Below are positions 11,301 through 23,500 of a stretch of 64,000 nucleotides of DNA, in pieces; position 1 is the stretch's first letter, and the number at the start of each line of letters is the position of its first letter. A program made the translations under genes and the position numbers. The notes under the pieces are model-generated. The model was not told the origin of the DNA, ran no database searches, and worked only from the letters and a program-made list of their open reading frames with translations. This stretch comes from the human T2T-CHM13v2.0 reference genome, Homo sapiens: the NCBI RefSeq assembly GCF_009914755.1, contig NC_060928.1; one strand, given 5' to 3'.

Positions 11301-13603
11301 ACTAACAGAGTTGAACCTTGGTTTTGATACAGCATTTTGGAAACACTCCTTTTGTAGAATCTGCAGGTGGATATGTGGATAGCTCTGAAGATTTCGTTGG
11401 AAACGGGAATTTCTTCATATAAAATCAAACAGAAGCATTCTCAGAAACTTCTCAGTGATGTTTGCATTCAGCTCATGGAGTTGAACACTTCCTTTCATAG
11501 AGCCGGTTTGAAACACTCTTTCTGCACTACCTGGAAGAGGACATTTCGAGCGCTTTGAGTCCTATGGTGAAAAAGGAAATATCTTCTCATAAAAACCAGA
11601 AAGAAGCATTCTCAGAAACTTCTTTGTGTTGTGTGTACTCATGTAACAGTGTTGAACCATCCTTTTGACAGAGCAGTTTTGAAACACTCTTTTTGTAGAA
11701 TCTGCAAGTGGATATTTGGATAGCTTTGAGGATTTCGTTGGAAACGGGATGACATATAATATCTAGAGAGAAGCATTCTCAGGAACTTCTTTGTGATGTT
11801 TGCATTCAAGTCACAGAATTGAACATTCCCTTTCATAGAGCAGGTTTGAAACACTCTTTCTCTAGTATCTGGAAGTGGGCATTTCAAGCGCTTTCAGGCC
11901 TATGGAGAGAAAGGAAATACCTTCAAATAAAAACTAGACAGAAGCATTCTCAGAAACTTATTTGTGATGTGTGTCCTCAACTAACAGAGTTGAACCTTTG
12001 TTTTGATACAGCATTTTGGAAACACTCCTTTTGTAGAATCTGCAGGTGGATATTTGGATAACTTTGAAGATTTCGTTGGAAACCGGAATATCTTCATATA
12101 AAATCAAGACAGAAGCATTCTCGGAAACATCTCTGTGATGTTTGCATTCAACTCAGTAGAGTTGAACACTTCCTTTCATAGAGCAGGTTTGAAACACTCT
12201 TTCTGCACTACCTGGAAGCGGACATTTCGAGCGCTTTGAGGCCTATGGTGAAAAAGGAAATAGCTTCTCATAAAAACCAGAAAGAAGCATTCTCAGAAAC
12301 TTCTTTGTGTTGTGTGTACTCAAGTAACAGTGTTGAACCTTCCTTTTGACACAGCAGTTTTGAAACACTCTTTTGGTAGAATCTGCAAGTGGATATTTGG
12401 ATAGCTTTGAGGATTTCGTTGGAAACGGGTTATCTTCATATAAAATCCAGACAGGAGCATTCTCAGAAACTTCTTTGTGCTGCATGTCCTCAATTCACAG
12501 AGCTGAACCTTTGTTTGGATACAGCATTTTGGAAACATTCCTTTAGTAGAATCTGCAAGTTGATATTTAGATAGCTTTGAAGATTTCGTTGGAAACGGGA
12601 ATATCTTCATAGAAAATCTAGACGGAAGCATTCTCAGAAACTGCTTTGTGATGTTTGCATTCAAGTCACAGAGTTGAATATTCCCTTTTATAGAGTAGGT
12701 TTGAAACACTCTTTCGGCACTACCTGGAAGTGGATATTTCGAGCTCTTTGAGGCCTATGGTTAAAAGGAAATATCTTCCCATAAAAACTAGACAGAAGCC
12801 GTCTCAGAAACTTGTTTGTGATGTGTGTATTCAACTAACAGAGTTGAACATTTCTGTTACAGAGCAATTTTAAAACACTCTTTTTGTGGAATCTGAAAGT
12901 GGATAATTGGATAGCTTTGTGGATTTCGTTGGAAACGGGATGACGTATAAAATCTAGAGAGAAGCATTCTCAGGAACTTCTTTCTGATGTTTGCATTCAA
13001 GTCACAGAATTGAACATTCCCTTTCATAGAGCAGGTTTGAAACACTCTTTCTCTAGTATCTGGAAGTGGGCATTTCAAGCGCTTTCAGGCCTATGGAGAG
13101 AAAGGAAATACCTTCAAATAAAAACTAGACAGAAGCATTCTCAGAAACTTATTTGTGATGTGTGTCCTCAACTAACAGAGTTGAACCTTTGTTTTGATAC
13201 AGCATTTTGGAAACACTCCTTTTGTAGGATCTGCAGGTGGATATTTGGATAGATTTTAAGATTTCGTTGGAAACGGGAGTTTCTTCATAGAAACTCAAGA
13301 CAGATGCATTCTCAGAAACATCTCTGTGATGTTTGCATTCCACTCATAGATTTGAAAACTTCCTTTCATAGAGCAGGTTTGAAACACTCTTTTTGTAATA
13401 TTTGGAAGTGGACATTTGCAGCGCTTTGAGGCCTATGGTGAAAAAGGAAATATCTTCTCATAAAAACCAGAAACAAGCATTCTCAGAAACTTCTTTTTGA
13501 TGTGTGTACTCAAGTAACAGAGTTGAACCTTCCTTTTGACACAGCAGTTTTGAAACAATCTTTTTGTAGAATCTGCAAGTGGATATTTGGATAGCTTTGA
13601 GGA

Positions 13604-13620
13604 TTTCGTTGGAAACGGGA
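13604..13620 (+). promoter_or_regulatory. CENP-B box (intact), m17 (first occurrence; absent from 16-mers and 6-mers)
   Basis: TTTCGTTGGAAACGGGA followed by TATCTTC. Confidence 0.93.
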
Positions 13621-13773
13621 TATCTTCATATAAAATCTAGACAGAAGCATTCTCAGAAACTTCTTTCTGCTGTATGTCCTCAATTAACAGAGTTGAACCA
13701 TTGCTTGGATACAGCATTTTGGAAACATTCCTTGAGTAGAATCTGCAAGTTGATATTTAGATAGATTTGAAGA

Positions 13774-13790
13774 TTTCGTTGGAAAAGGGA
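13774..13790 (+). promoter_or_regulatory. Degenerate CENP-B box, m18 (first occurrence)
   Basis: TTTCGTTGGAAAAGGGA: the core CGGG is AGGG. Confidence 0.85.
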
Positions 13791-16700
13791 ATATCTCCAT
13801 ATAAAATCTAGAGGGAAGCATTCTCAGAAACTGCTTTGTGATGTTTCCATTCAAGTCACAGAGTTGAATATTCCCTTTTATAGAGCACGTTTGAAACACT
13901 CTTTCTGCACTATCTGGAAGTGGACATTTCGAGCGCTTTGAGGCCTATGGTGAAAAAGGAAATATCTTCCCATAAAAACTAGACAGAAGCATTCTCAGAA
14001 ACTTGTTTGTGATGTGTGTATTCAACTAACAGAGTTGAACTTTTGTTTTTACAGAGCCGTTTTAAAACACTCTTTTTGTGGAATCAGAAAGTGGATATTC
14101 GGATGGCTCTGAGGATTTCGTTGGAAGCGGGATTACATATAAAATCTAGAGAGAAGCATTCTCAGGAACTTCTTTGTGATGTTTGCATTGAAGTCACAGA
14201 ATTGAACATTCACTTTGATAGAGCAGGTTTGAAACACTCATTCTGTAGTATCTGGAAGTGGACATTTCAAGCGCTTTCAGGCCTATGGTGAGAAAGGAAA
14301 TATCTTCGAATAAAAACTAGACAGAAGCATCCTCAGAAACTTATTTGTGATGTGTGTCCTCAACTAACAGAGTTGAAACTTTGTTTTGATACAGCATTTT
14401 GGAAACACTCTTTTTGTAGAATCTGCAGGTGGATATTTGGATAGCTTAGAGGGATTCGTTGGAAAGGGGATATCTTCATATAAAATCTAGACAGAAGCAT
14501 TCTCAGAAACTTATTTGTGATGTGTGTCCTCAACTAACAGAGTTGAACCTTGGTTTTGATACAGCATTTTGGAAACGCTCCTTTTGTAGAATCTGCAGGT
14601 GGATATGTGGATAGCTCTGAAGATTTCGTTGGAAACGGGAATTTCTTCATATAAAATCAAACAGAAGCATTCTCAGAAACTTCTCAGTGATGTTTGCATT
14701 CAGCTCATGGAGTTGAACACTTCCTTTCATAGAGCCGGTTTGAAACACTCTTTCTGCACTACCTGGAAGAGGCCATTTCGAGCGCTTTGAGTCCTATGGT
14801 GAAAAAGGAAATATCTTCTCATAAAAACCAGAAAGAAGCATTCTCAGAAACTTCTTTGTGTTGTGTGTACTCATGTAACAGTGTTGAACCATCCTTTTGA
14901 CAGAGCAGTTTTGAAACACTCTTTTTGTAGAATCTGCAAGTGGATATTTGGATAGCTTTGAGGATTTCGTTGGAAACGGGATGACATATAATATCTAGAG
15001 AGAAGCATACTCAGGAACTTCTTTGTGATGTTTGCATTCAAGTCACAGAATTGAACATTCCCTTTCATAGAGCAGGTTTGAAACACTCTTTCTCTAGTAT
15101 CTGGAAGTGGGCATTTCAAGCGCTTTCAGGCCTATGGAGAGAAAGGAAATACCTTCAAATAAAAACTAGACAGAAGCATTCTCAGAAACTTATTTGTGAT
15201 GTGTGTCCTCAACTAACAGAGTTGAACCTTTGTTTTGATACAGCATTTTGGAAACACTCCTTTTGTAGAATCTGCAGGTGGATATTTGGATAACTTTGAA
15301 GATTTCGTTGGAAACCGGAATATCTTCATATAAAATCAAGACAGAAGCATTCTCGGAAACATCTCTGTGATGTTTGCATTCAACTCAGTAGAGTTGAACA
15401 CTTCCTTTCATAGAGCAGGTTTGAAACACTCTTTCTGCACTACCTGGAAGCGGACATTTCGAGCGCTTTGAGGCCTATGGTGAAAAAGGAAATATCTTCT
15501 CATAAAAACCAGAAAGAAGCATTCTCAGAAACTTCTTTGTGTTGTGTGTACTCAAGTAACAGTGTTGAACCTTCCTTTTGACACAGCAGTTTTGAAACAC
15601 TCTTTTGGTAGAATCTGCAAGTGGATATTTGGATAGCTTTGAGGATTTCGTTGGAAACGGGTTATCTTCATATAAAATCCAGACAGGAGCATTCTCAGAA
15701 ACTTCTTTGTGCTGCATGTCCTCAATTCACAGAGCTGAACCTTTGTTTGGATACAGCATTTTGGAAACATTCCTTTAGTAGAATCTGCAAGTTGATATTT
15801 AGATAGCTTTGAAGATTTCGTTGGAAACGGGAATATCTTCATAGAAAATCTAGACGGAAGCATTCTCAGAAACTGCTTTGTGATGTTTGCATTCAAGTCA
15901 CAGAGTTGAATATTCCCTTTTATAGAGTAGGTTTGAAACACTCTTTCGGCACTACCTGGAAGTGGATATTTCGAGCTCTTTGAGGCCTATGGTTAAAAGG
16001 AAATATCTTCCCATAAAAACTAGACAGAAGCCGTCTCAGAAACTTGTTTGTGATGTGTGTATTCAACTACCAGAGTTGAACATTTCTGTTACAGAGCAAT
16101 TTTAAAACACTCTTTTTGTGGAATCTGAAAGTGGATAATTGGATAGCTTTGTGGATTTCGTTGGAAACGGGATGACGTATAAAATCTAGAGAGAAGCATT
16201 CTCAGGAACTTCTTTCTGATGTTTGCATTCAAGTCACAGAATTGAACATTCCTTTTCATAGTGCAGGTTTGAAACACTCTTTCTGTAGTATCTGGAAGTG
16301 GACATTTCAAGCGCTTTCAGGCCTACGGGGAGAAAGGAAATATCTTCAAATAAAAACTAGACAGAAGGATTCTCAGAAACTTATTTGTGATGTGTGTCCT
16401 AAACGAACACAGTTGAACCTTTGTTTTGATACAGCATTTTGGAAACACTCCTTTTGTAGGATCTGCAGGTGGATATTTGGATAGATTTTAAGATTTCGTT
16501 GGAAACGGGAGTTTCTTCATAGAAACTCAAGACAGATGCATTCTCAGAAACATCTCTGTGATGTTTGCATTCCACTCATAGATTTGAAAACTTCCTTTCA
16601 TAGAGCAGGTTTGAAACACTCTTTTTGTAATATTTGGAAGTGGACATTTGCAGCGCTTTGAGGCCTATGGTGAAAAAGGAAATATCTTCTCATAAAAACC

Positions 16701-19700
16701 AGAAACAAGCATTCTCAGAAACTTCTTTTTGATGTGTGTACTCAAGTAACAGAGTTGAACCTTCCTTTTGACACAGCAGTTTTGAAACAATCTTTTTGTA
16801 GAATCTGCAAGTGGATATTTGGATAGCTTTGAGGATTTCGTTGGAAACGGGATATCTTCATATAAAATCTAGACAGAAGCATTCTCAGAAACTTCTTTCT
16901 GCTGTATGTCCTCAATTAACAGAGTTGAACCATTGCTTGGATACAGCATTTTGGAAACATTCCTTGAGTAGAATCTGCAAGTTGATATTTAGATAGATTT
17001 GAAGATTTCGTTGGAAAAGGGAATATCTCCATATAAAATCTAGAGGGAAGCATTCTCAGAAACTGCTTTGTGATGTTTCCATTCAAGTCACAGAGTTGAA
17101 TATTCCCTTTTATAGAGCACGTTTGAAACACTCTTTCTGCACTATCTGGAAGTGGACATTTCGAGCGCTTTGAGGCCTATGGTGAAAAAGGAAATATCTT
17201 CCCATAAAAACTAGACAGAAGCATTCTCAGAAACTTGTTTGTGATGTGTGTATTCAACTAACAGAGTTGAACTTTTGTTTTTACAGAGCCGTTTTAAAAC
17301 ACTCTTTTTGTGGAATCAGAAAGTGGATATTCGGATGGCTCTGAGGATTTCGTTGGAAGCGGGATTACATATAAAATCTAGAGAGAAGCATTCTCAGGAA
17401 CTTCTTTGTGATGTTTGCATTGAAGTCACAGAATTGAACATTCACTTTGATAGAGCAGGTTTGAAACACTCATTCTGTAGTATCTGGAAGTGGACATTTC
17501 AAGCGCTTTCAGGCCTATGGTGAGAAAGGAAATATCTTCGAATAAAAACTAGACAGAAGCATCCTCAGAAACTTATTTGTGATGTGTGTCCTCAACTAAC
17601 AGAGTTGAAACTTTGTTTTGATACAGCATTTTGGAAACACTCTTTTTGTAGAATCTGCAGGTGGATATTTGGATAGCTTAGAGGGATTCGTTGGAAAGGG
17701 GATATCTTCATATAAAATCTAGACAGAAGCATTCTCAGAAACTTATTTGTGATGTGTGTCCTCAACTAACAGAGTTGAACCTTGGTTTTGATACAGCATT
17801 TTGGAAACGCTCCTTTTGTAGAATCTGCAGGTGGATATGTGGATAGCTCTGAAGATTTCGTTGGAAACGGGAATTTCTTCATATAAAATCAAACAGAAGC
17901 ATTCTCAGAAACTTCTCAGTGATGTTTGCATTCAGCTCATGGAGTTGAACACTTCCTTTCATAGAGCCGGTTTGAAACACTCTTTCTGCACTACCTGGAA
18001 GAGGACATTTCGAGCGCTTTGAGTCCTATGGTGAAAAAGGAAATATCTTCTCATAAAAACCAGAAAGAAGCATTCTCAGAAACTTCTTTGTGTTGTGTGT
18101 ACTCATGTAACAGTGTTGAACCATCCTTTTGACAGAGCAGTTTTGAAACACTCTTTTTGTAGAATCTGCAAGTGGATATTTGGATAGCTTTGAGGATTTC
18201 GTTGGAAACGGGATGACATATAATATCTAGAGAGAAGCATACTCAGGAACTTCTTTGTGATGTTTGCATTCAAGTCACAGAATTGAACATTCCCTTTCAT
18301 AGAGCAGGTTTGAAACACTCTTTCTCTAGTATCTGGAAGTGGGCATTTCAAGCGCTTTCAGGCCTATGGAGAGAAAGGAAATACCTTCAAATAAAAACTA
18401 GACAGAAGCATTCTCAGAAACATATTTGTGATGTGTGTCCTCAACTAACAGAGTTGAACCTTTGTTTTGATACAGCATTTTGGAAACACTCCTTTTGTAG
18501 AATCTGCAGGTGGATATTTGGATAACTTTGAAGATTTCGTTGGAAACCGGAATATCTTCATATAAAATCAAGACAGAAGCATTCTCGGAAACATCTCTGT
18601 GATGTTTGCATTCAACTCAGTAGAGTTGAACACTTCCTTTCATAGAGCAGGTTTGAAACACTCTTTCTGCACTACCTGGAAGCGGACATTTCGAGCGCTT
18701 TGAGGCCTATGGTGAAAAAGGAAATATCTTCTCATAAAAACCAGAAAGAAGCATTCTCAGAAACTTCTTTGTGTTGTGTGTACTCAAGTAACAGTGTTGA
18801 ACCTTCCTTTTGACACAGCAGTTTTGAAACACTCTTTTGGTAGAATCTGCAAGTGGATATTTGGATAGCTTTGAGGATTTCGTTGGAAACGGGTTATCTT
18901 CATATAAAATCCAGACAGGAGCATTCTCAGAAACTTCTTTGTGCTGCATGTCCTCAATTCACAGAGCTGAACCTTTGTTTGGATACAGCATTTTGGAAAC
19001 ATTCCTTTAGTAGAATCTGCAAGTTGATATTTAGATAGCTTTGAAGATTTCGTTGGAAACGGGAATATCTTCATAGAAAATCTAGACGGAAGCATTCTCA
19101 GAAACTGCTTTGTGATGTTTGCATTCAAGTCACAGAGTTGAATATTCCCTTTTATAGAGTAGGTTTGAAACACTCTTTCGGCACTACCTGGAAGTGGATA
19201 TTTCGAGCTCTTTGAGGCCTATGGTTAAAAGGAAATATCTTCCCATAAAAACTAGACAGAAGCCGTCTCAGAAACTTGTTTGTGATGTGTGTATTCAACT
19301 ACCAGAGTTGAACATTTCTGTTACAGAGCAATTTTAAAACACTCTTTTTGTGGAATCTGAAAGTGGATAATTGGATAGCTTTGTGGATTTCGTTGGAAAC
19401 GGGATGACGTATAAAATCTAGAGAGAAGCATTCTCAGGAACTTCTTTCTGATGTTTGCATTCAAGTCACAGAATTGAACATTCCTTTTCATAGTGCAGGT
19501 TTGAAACACTCTTTCTGTAGTATCTGGAAGTGGACATTTCAAGCGCTTTCAGGCCTACGGGGAGAAAGGAAATATCTTCAAATAAAAACTAGACAGAAGG
19601 ATTCTCAGAAACTTATTTGTGATGTGTGTCCTAAACGAACACAGTTGAACGTTTGTTTTGATACAGCATTTTGGAAACACTCCTTTTGTAGGATCTGCAC

Positions 19701-20574
19701 GTGGATATTTGGATAGATTTTAAGATTTCGTTGGAAACGGGAGTTTCTTCATAGAAACTCAAGACAGATGCATTCTCAGAAACATCTCTGTGATGTTTGC
19801 ATTCCACTCATAGAGTTGAAAACTTCCTTTCATAGAGCAGGTTTGAAACACTCTTTTTGTAATATTTGGAAGTGGACATTTGCAGCGCTTTGAGGCCTAT
19901 GGTGAAAAAGGAAATATCTTCTCATAAAAACCAGAAACAAGCATTCTCAGAAACTTCTTTGTGATGTGTGTACTCAAGTAACAGAGTTGAACCTTCCTTT
20001 TGACACAGCAGTTTTGAAACAATCTTTTTGTAGAATCTGCAAGTGGATATTTGGATAGCTTTGAGGATTTCGTTGGAAACGGGATATCTTCATATAAAAT
20101 CTAGACAGAAGCATTCTCAGAGACTTCTTTGTGCTGTATGCCCTCAATTAACAGAGTTGAACCATTGCTTGGATACAGCATTTTGGAAACATTCCTTGAG
20201 TAGAATCTGCAAGTTGATATTTAGATAGATTTGAAGATTTCGTTGGAAAAGGGAATATCTCCATATAAAATCTAGAGGGAAGCATTCTCAGAAACTGCTT
20301 TGTGATGTTTCCATTCAAGTCACAGAGTTGAATATTCCCTTTTATAGAGCACGTTTGAAACACTCTTTCTGCACTATCTGGAAGTGGACATTTCGAGCGC
20401 TTTGAGGCCTATGGTGAAAAAGGAAATATCTTCCCATAAAAACTAGACAGAAGCATTCTCAGAAACTTGTTTGTGATGTGTGTATTCAACTAACAGAGTT
20501 GAACTTTTGTTTTTACAGAGCCGTTTTAAAACACTCTTTGTGGAATCAGAAAGTGGATATTCGGATGGCTCTGA

Positions 20575-23500
20575 GGATTTCGTTGGAAGCGGGATTACAT
20601 ATAAAATCTAGAGAGAAGCATTCTCAGGAACTTCTTTGTGATGTTTGCATTGAAGTCACAGAATTGAACATTCACTTTGATAGAGCAGGTTTGAAACACT
20701 CATTCTGTAGTATCTGGAAGTGGACATTTCAAGCGCTTTCAGGCCTATGGTGAGAAAGGAAATATCTTCGAATAAAAACTAGACAGAAGCATCCTCAGAA
20801 ACTTATTTGTGATGTGTGTCCTCAACTAACAGAGTTGAAACTTTGTTTTGATACAGCATTTTGGAAACATTCTTTTTGTAGAATCTGCAGGTGGATATTT
20901 GGATAGCTTAGAGGGATTCGTTGGAAAGGGGATATCTTCATATAAAATCTAGACAGAAGCATTCTCAGAAACTTATTTGTGATGTGTGTCCTCAACTAAC
21001 AGAGTTGAACCTTGGTTTTGATACAGCATTTTGGAAACGCTCCTTTTGTAGAATCTGCAGGTGGATATGTGGATAGCTCTGAAGATTTCGTTGGAAACGG
21101 GAATTTCTTCATATAAAATCAAACAGAAGCATTCTCAGAAACTTCTCAGTGATGTTTGCATTCAGCTCATGGAGTTGAACACTTCCTTTCATAGAGCCGG
21201 TTTGAAACACTCTTTCTGCACTACCTGGAAGAGGACATTTCGAGCGCTTTGAGTCCTATGGTGAAAAAGGAAATATCTTCTCATAAAAACCAGAAAGAAG
21301 CATTCTCAGAAACTTCTTTGTGTTGTGTGTACTCATGTAACAGTGTTGAACCATCCTTTTGACAGAGCAGTTTTGAAACACTCTTTTTGTAGAATCTGCA
21401 AGTGGATATTTGGATAGCTTTGAGGATTTCGTTGGAAACGGGATGACATATAATATCTAGAGAGAAGCATTCTCAGGAACTTCTTTGTGATGTTTGCATT
21501 CAAGTCACAGAATTGAACATTCCCTTTCATAGAGCAGGTTTGAAACACTCTTTCTCTAGTATCTGGAAGTGGGCATTTCAAGCGCTTTCAGGCCTATGGA
21601 GAGAAAGGAAATACCTTCAAATAAAAACTAGACAGAAGCATTCTCAGAAACTTATTTGTGATGTGTGTCCTCAACTAACAGAGTTGAACCTTTGTTTTGA
21701 TACAGCATTTTGGAAACACTCCTTTTGTAGAATCTGCAGGTGGATATTTGGATAACTTTGAAGATTTCGTTGGAAACCGGAATATCTTCATATAAAATCA
21801 AGACAGAAGCATTCTCGGAAACATCTCTGTGATGTTTGCATTCAACTCAGTAGAGTTGAACACTTCCTTTCATAGAGCCGGTTTGAAACACTCTTTCTGC
21901 ACTACCTGGAAGCGGACATTTCGAGCGCTTTGAGGCCTATGGTGAAAAAGGAAATATCTTCTCATAAAAACCAGAAAGAAGCATTCTCAGAAACTTCTTT
22001 GTGTTGTGTGTACTCAAGTAACAGTGTTGAACCTTCCTTTTGACACAGCAGTTTTGAAACACTCTTTTGGTAGAATCTGCAAGTGGATATTTGGATAGCT
22101 TTGAGGATTTCGTTGGAAACGGGTTATCTTCATATAAAATCCAGACAGGAGCATTCTCAGAAACTTCTTTGTGCTGCATGTCCTCAATTCACAGAGCTGA
22201 ACCTTTGTTTGGATACAGCATTTTGGAAACATTCCTTTAGTAGAATCTGCAAGTTGATATTTAGATAGCTTTGAAGATTTCGTTGGAAACGGGAATATCT
22301 TCATAGAAAATCTAGACGGAAGCATTCTCAGAAACTGCTTTGTGATGTTTGCATTCAAGTCACAGAGTTGAATATTCCCTTTTATAGAGTAGGTTTGAAA
22401 CACTCTTTTGGCACTACCTGGAAGTGGATATTTCGAGCTCTTTGAGGCCTATGGTTAAAAGGAAATATCTTCCCATAAAAACTAGACAGAAGCCGTCTCA
22501 GAAACTTGTTTGTGATGTGTGTATTCAACTAACAGAGTTGAACATTTCTGTTACAGAGCAATTTTAAAACACTCTTTTTGTGGAATCTGAAAGTGGATAA
22601 TTGGATAGCTTTGTGGATTTCGTTGGAAACGGGATGACGTATAAAATCTAGAGAGAAGCATTCTCAGGAACTTCTTTCTGATGTTTGCATTCAAGTCACA
22701 GAATTGAACATTCCTTTTCATAGTGCAGGTTTGAAACACTCTTTCTGTAGTATCTGGAAGTGGACATTTCAAGCGCTTTCAGGCCTACGGGGAGAAAGGA
22801 AATATCTTCAAATAAAAACTAGACAGAAGGATTCTCAGAAACTTATTTGTGATGTGTGTCCTAAACGAACACAGTTGAACCTTTGTTTTGATACAGCATT
22901 TTGGAAACACTCCTTTTGTAGGATCTGCAGGTGGATATTTGGATAGATTTTAAGATTTCGTTGGAAACGGGAGTTTCTTCATAGAAACTCAAGACAGATG
23001 CATTCTCAGAAACATCTCTGTGATGTTTGCATTCCACTCATAGAGTTGAAAACTTCCTTTCATAGAGCAGGTTTGAAACACTCTTTTTGTAATATTTGGA
23101 AGTGGACATTTGCAGCGCTTTGAGGCCTATGGTGAAAAAGGAAATAGCTTCTCATAAAAACCAGAAAGAAGCATTCTCAGAAACTTCTTTGTGTTGTGTG
23201 TACTCAAGTAACAGTGTTGAACCTTCCTTTTGACACAGCAGTTTTGAAACACTCTTTTGGTAGAATCTGCAAGTGGATATTTGGATAGCTTTGAGGATTT
23301 CGTTGGAAACGGGTTATCTTCATATAAAATCCAGACAGGAGCATTCTCAGAAACTTCTTTGTGCTGCATGTCCTCAATTCACAGAGCTGAACCTTTGTTT
23401 GGATACAGCATTTTGGAAACATTCCTTTAGTAGAATCTGCAAGTTGATATTTAGATAGCTTTGAAGATTTCGTTGGAAACGGGAATATCTTCATAGAAAA

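Larger units (their letters stand above)
10881..20574 (+). repeat. Three 19-mer HOR units (3232, 3232, 3230 bp)
   Basis: Marker at 10881, 14113, 17345, 20575. The third unit is 2 bp short from a T5->T3 contraction at ~20537 (ACACTCTTTGTGG). Confidence 0.95.
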
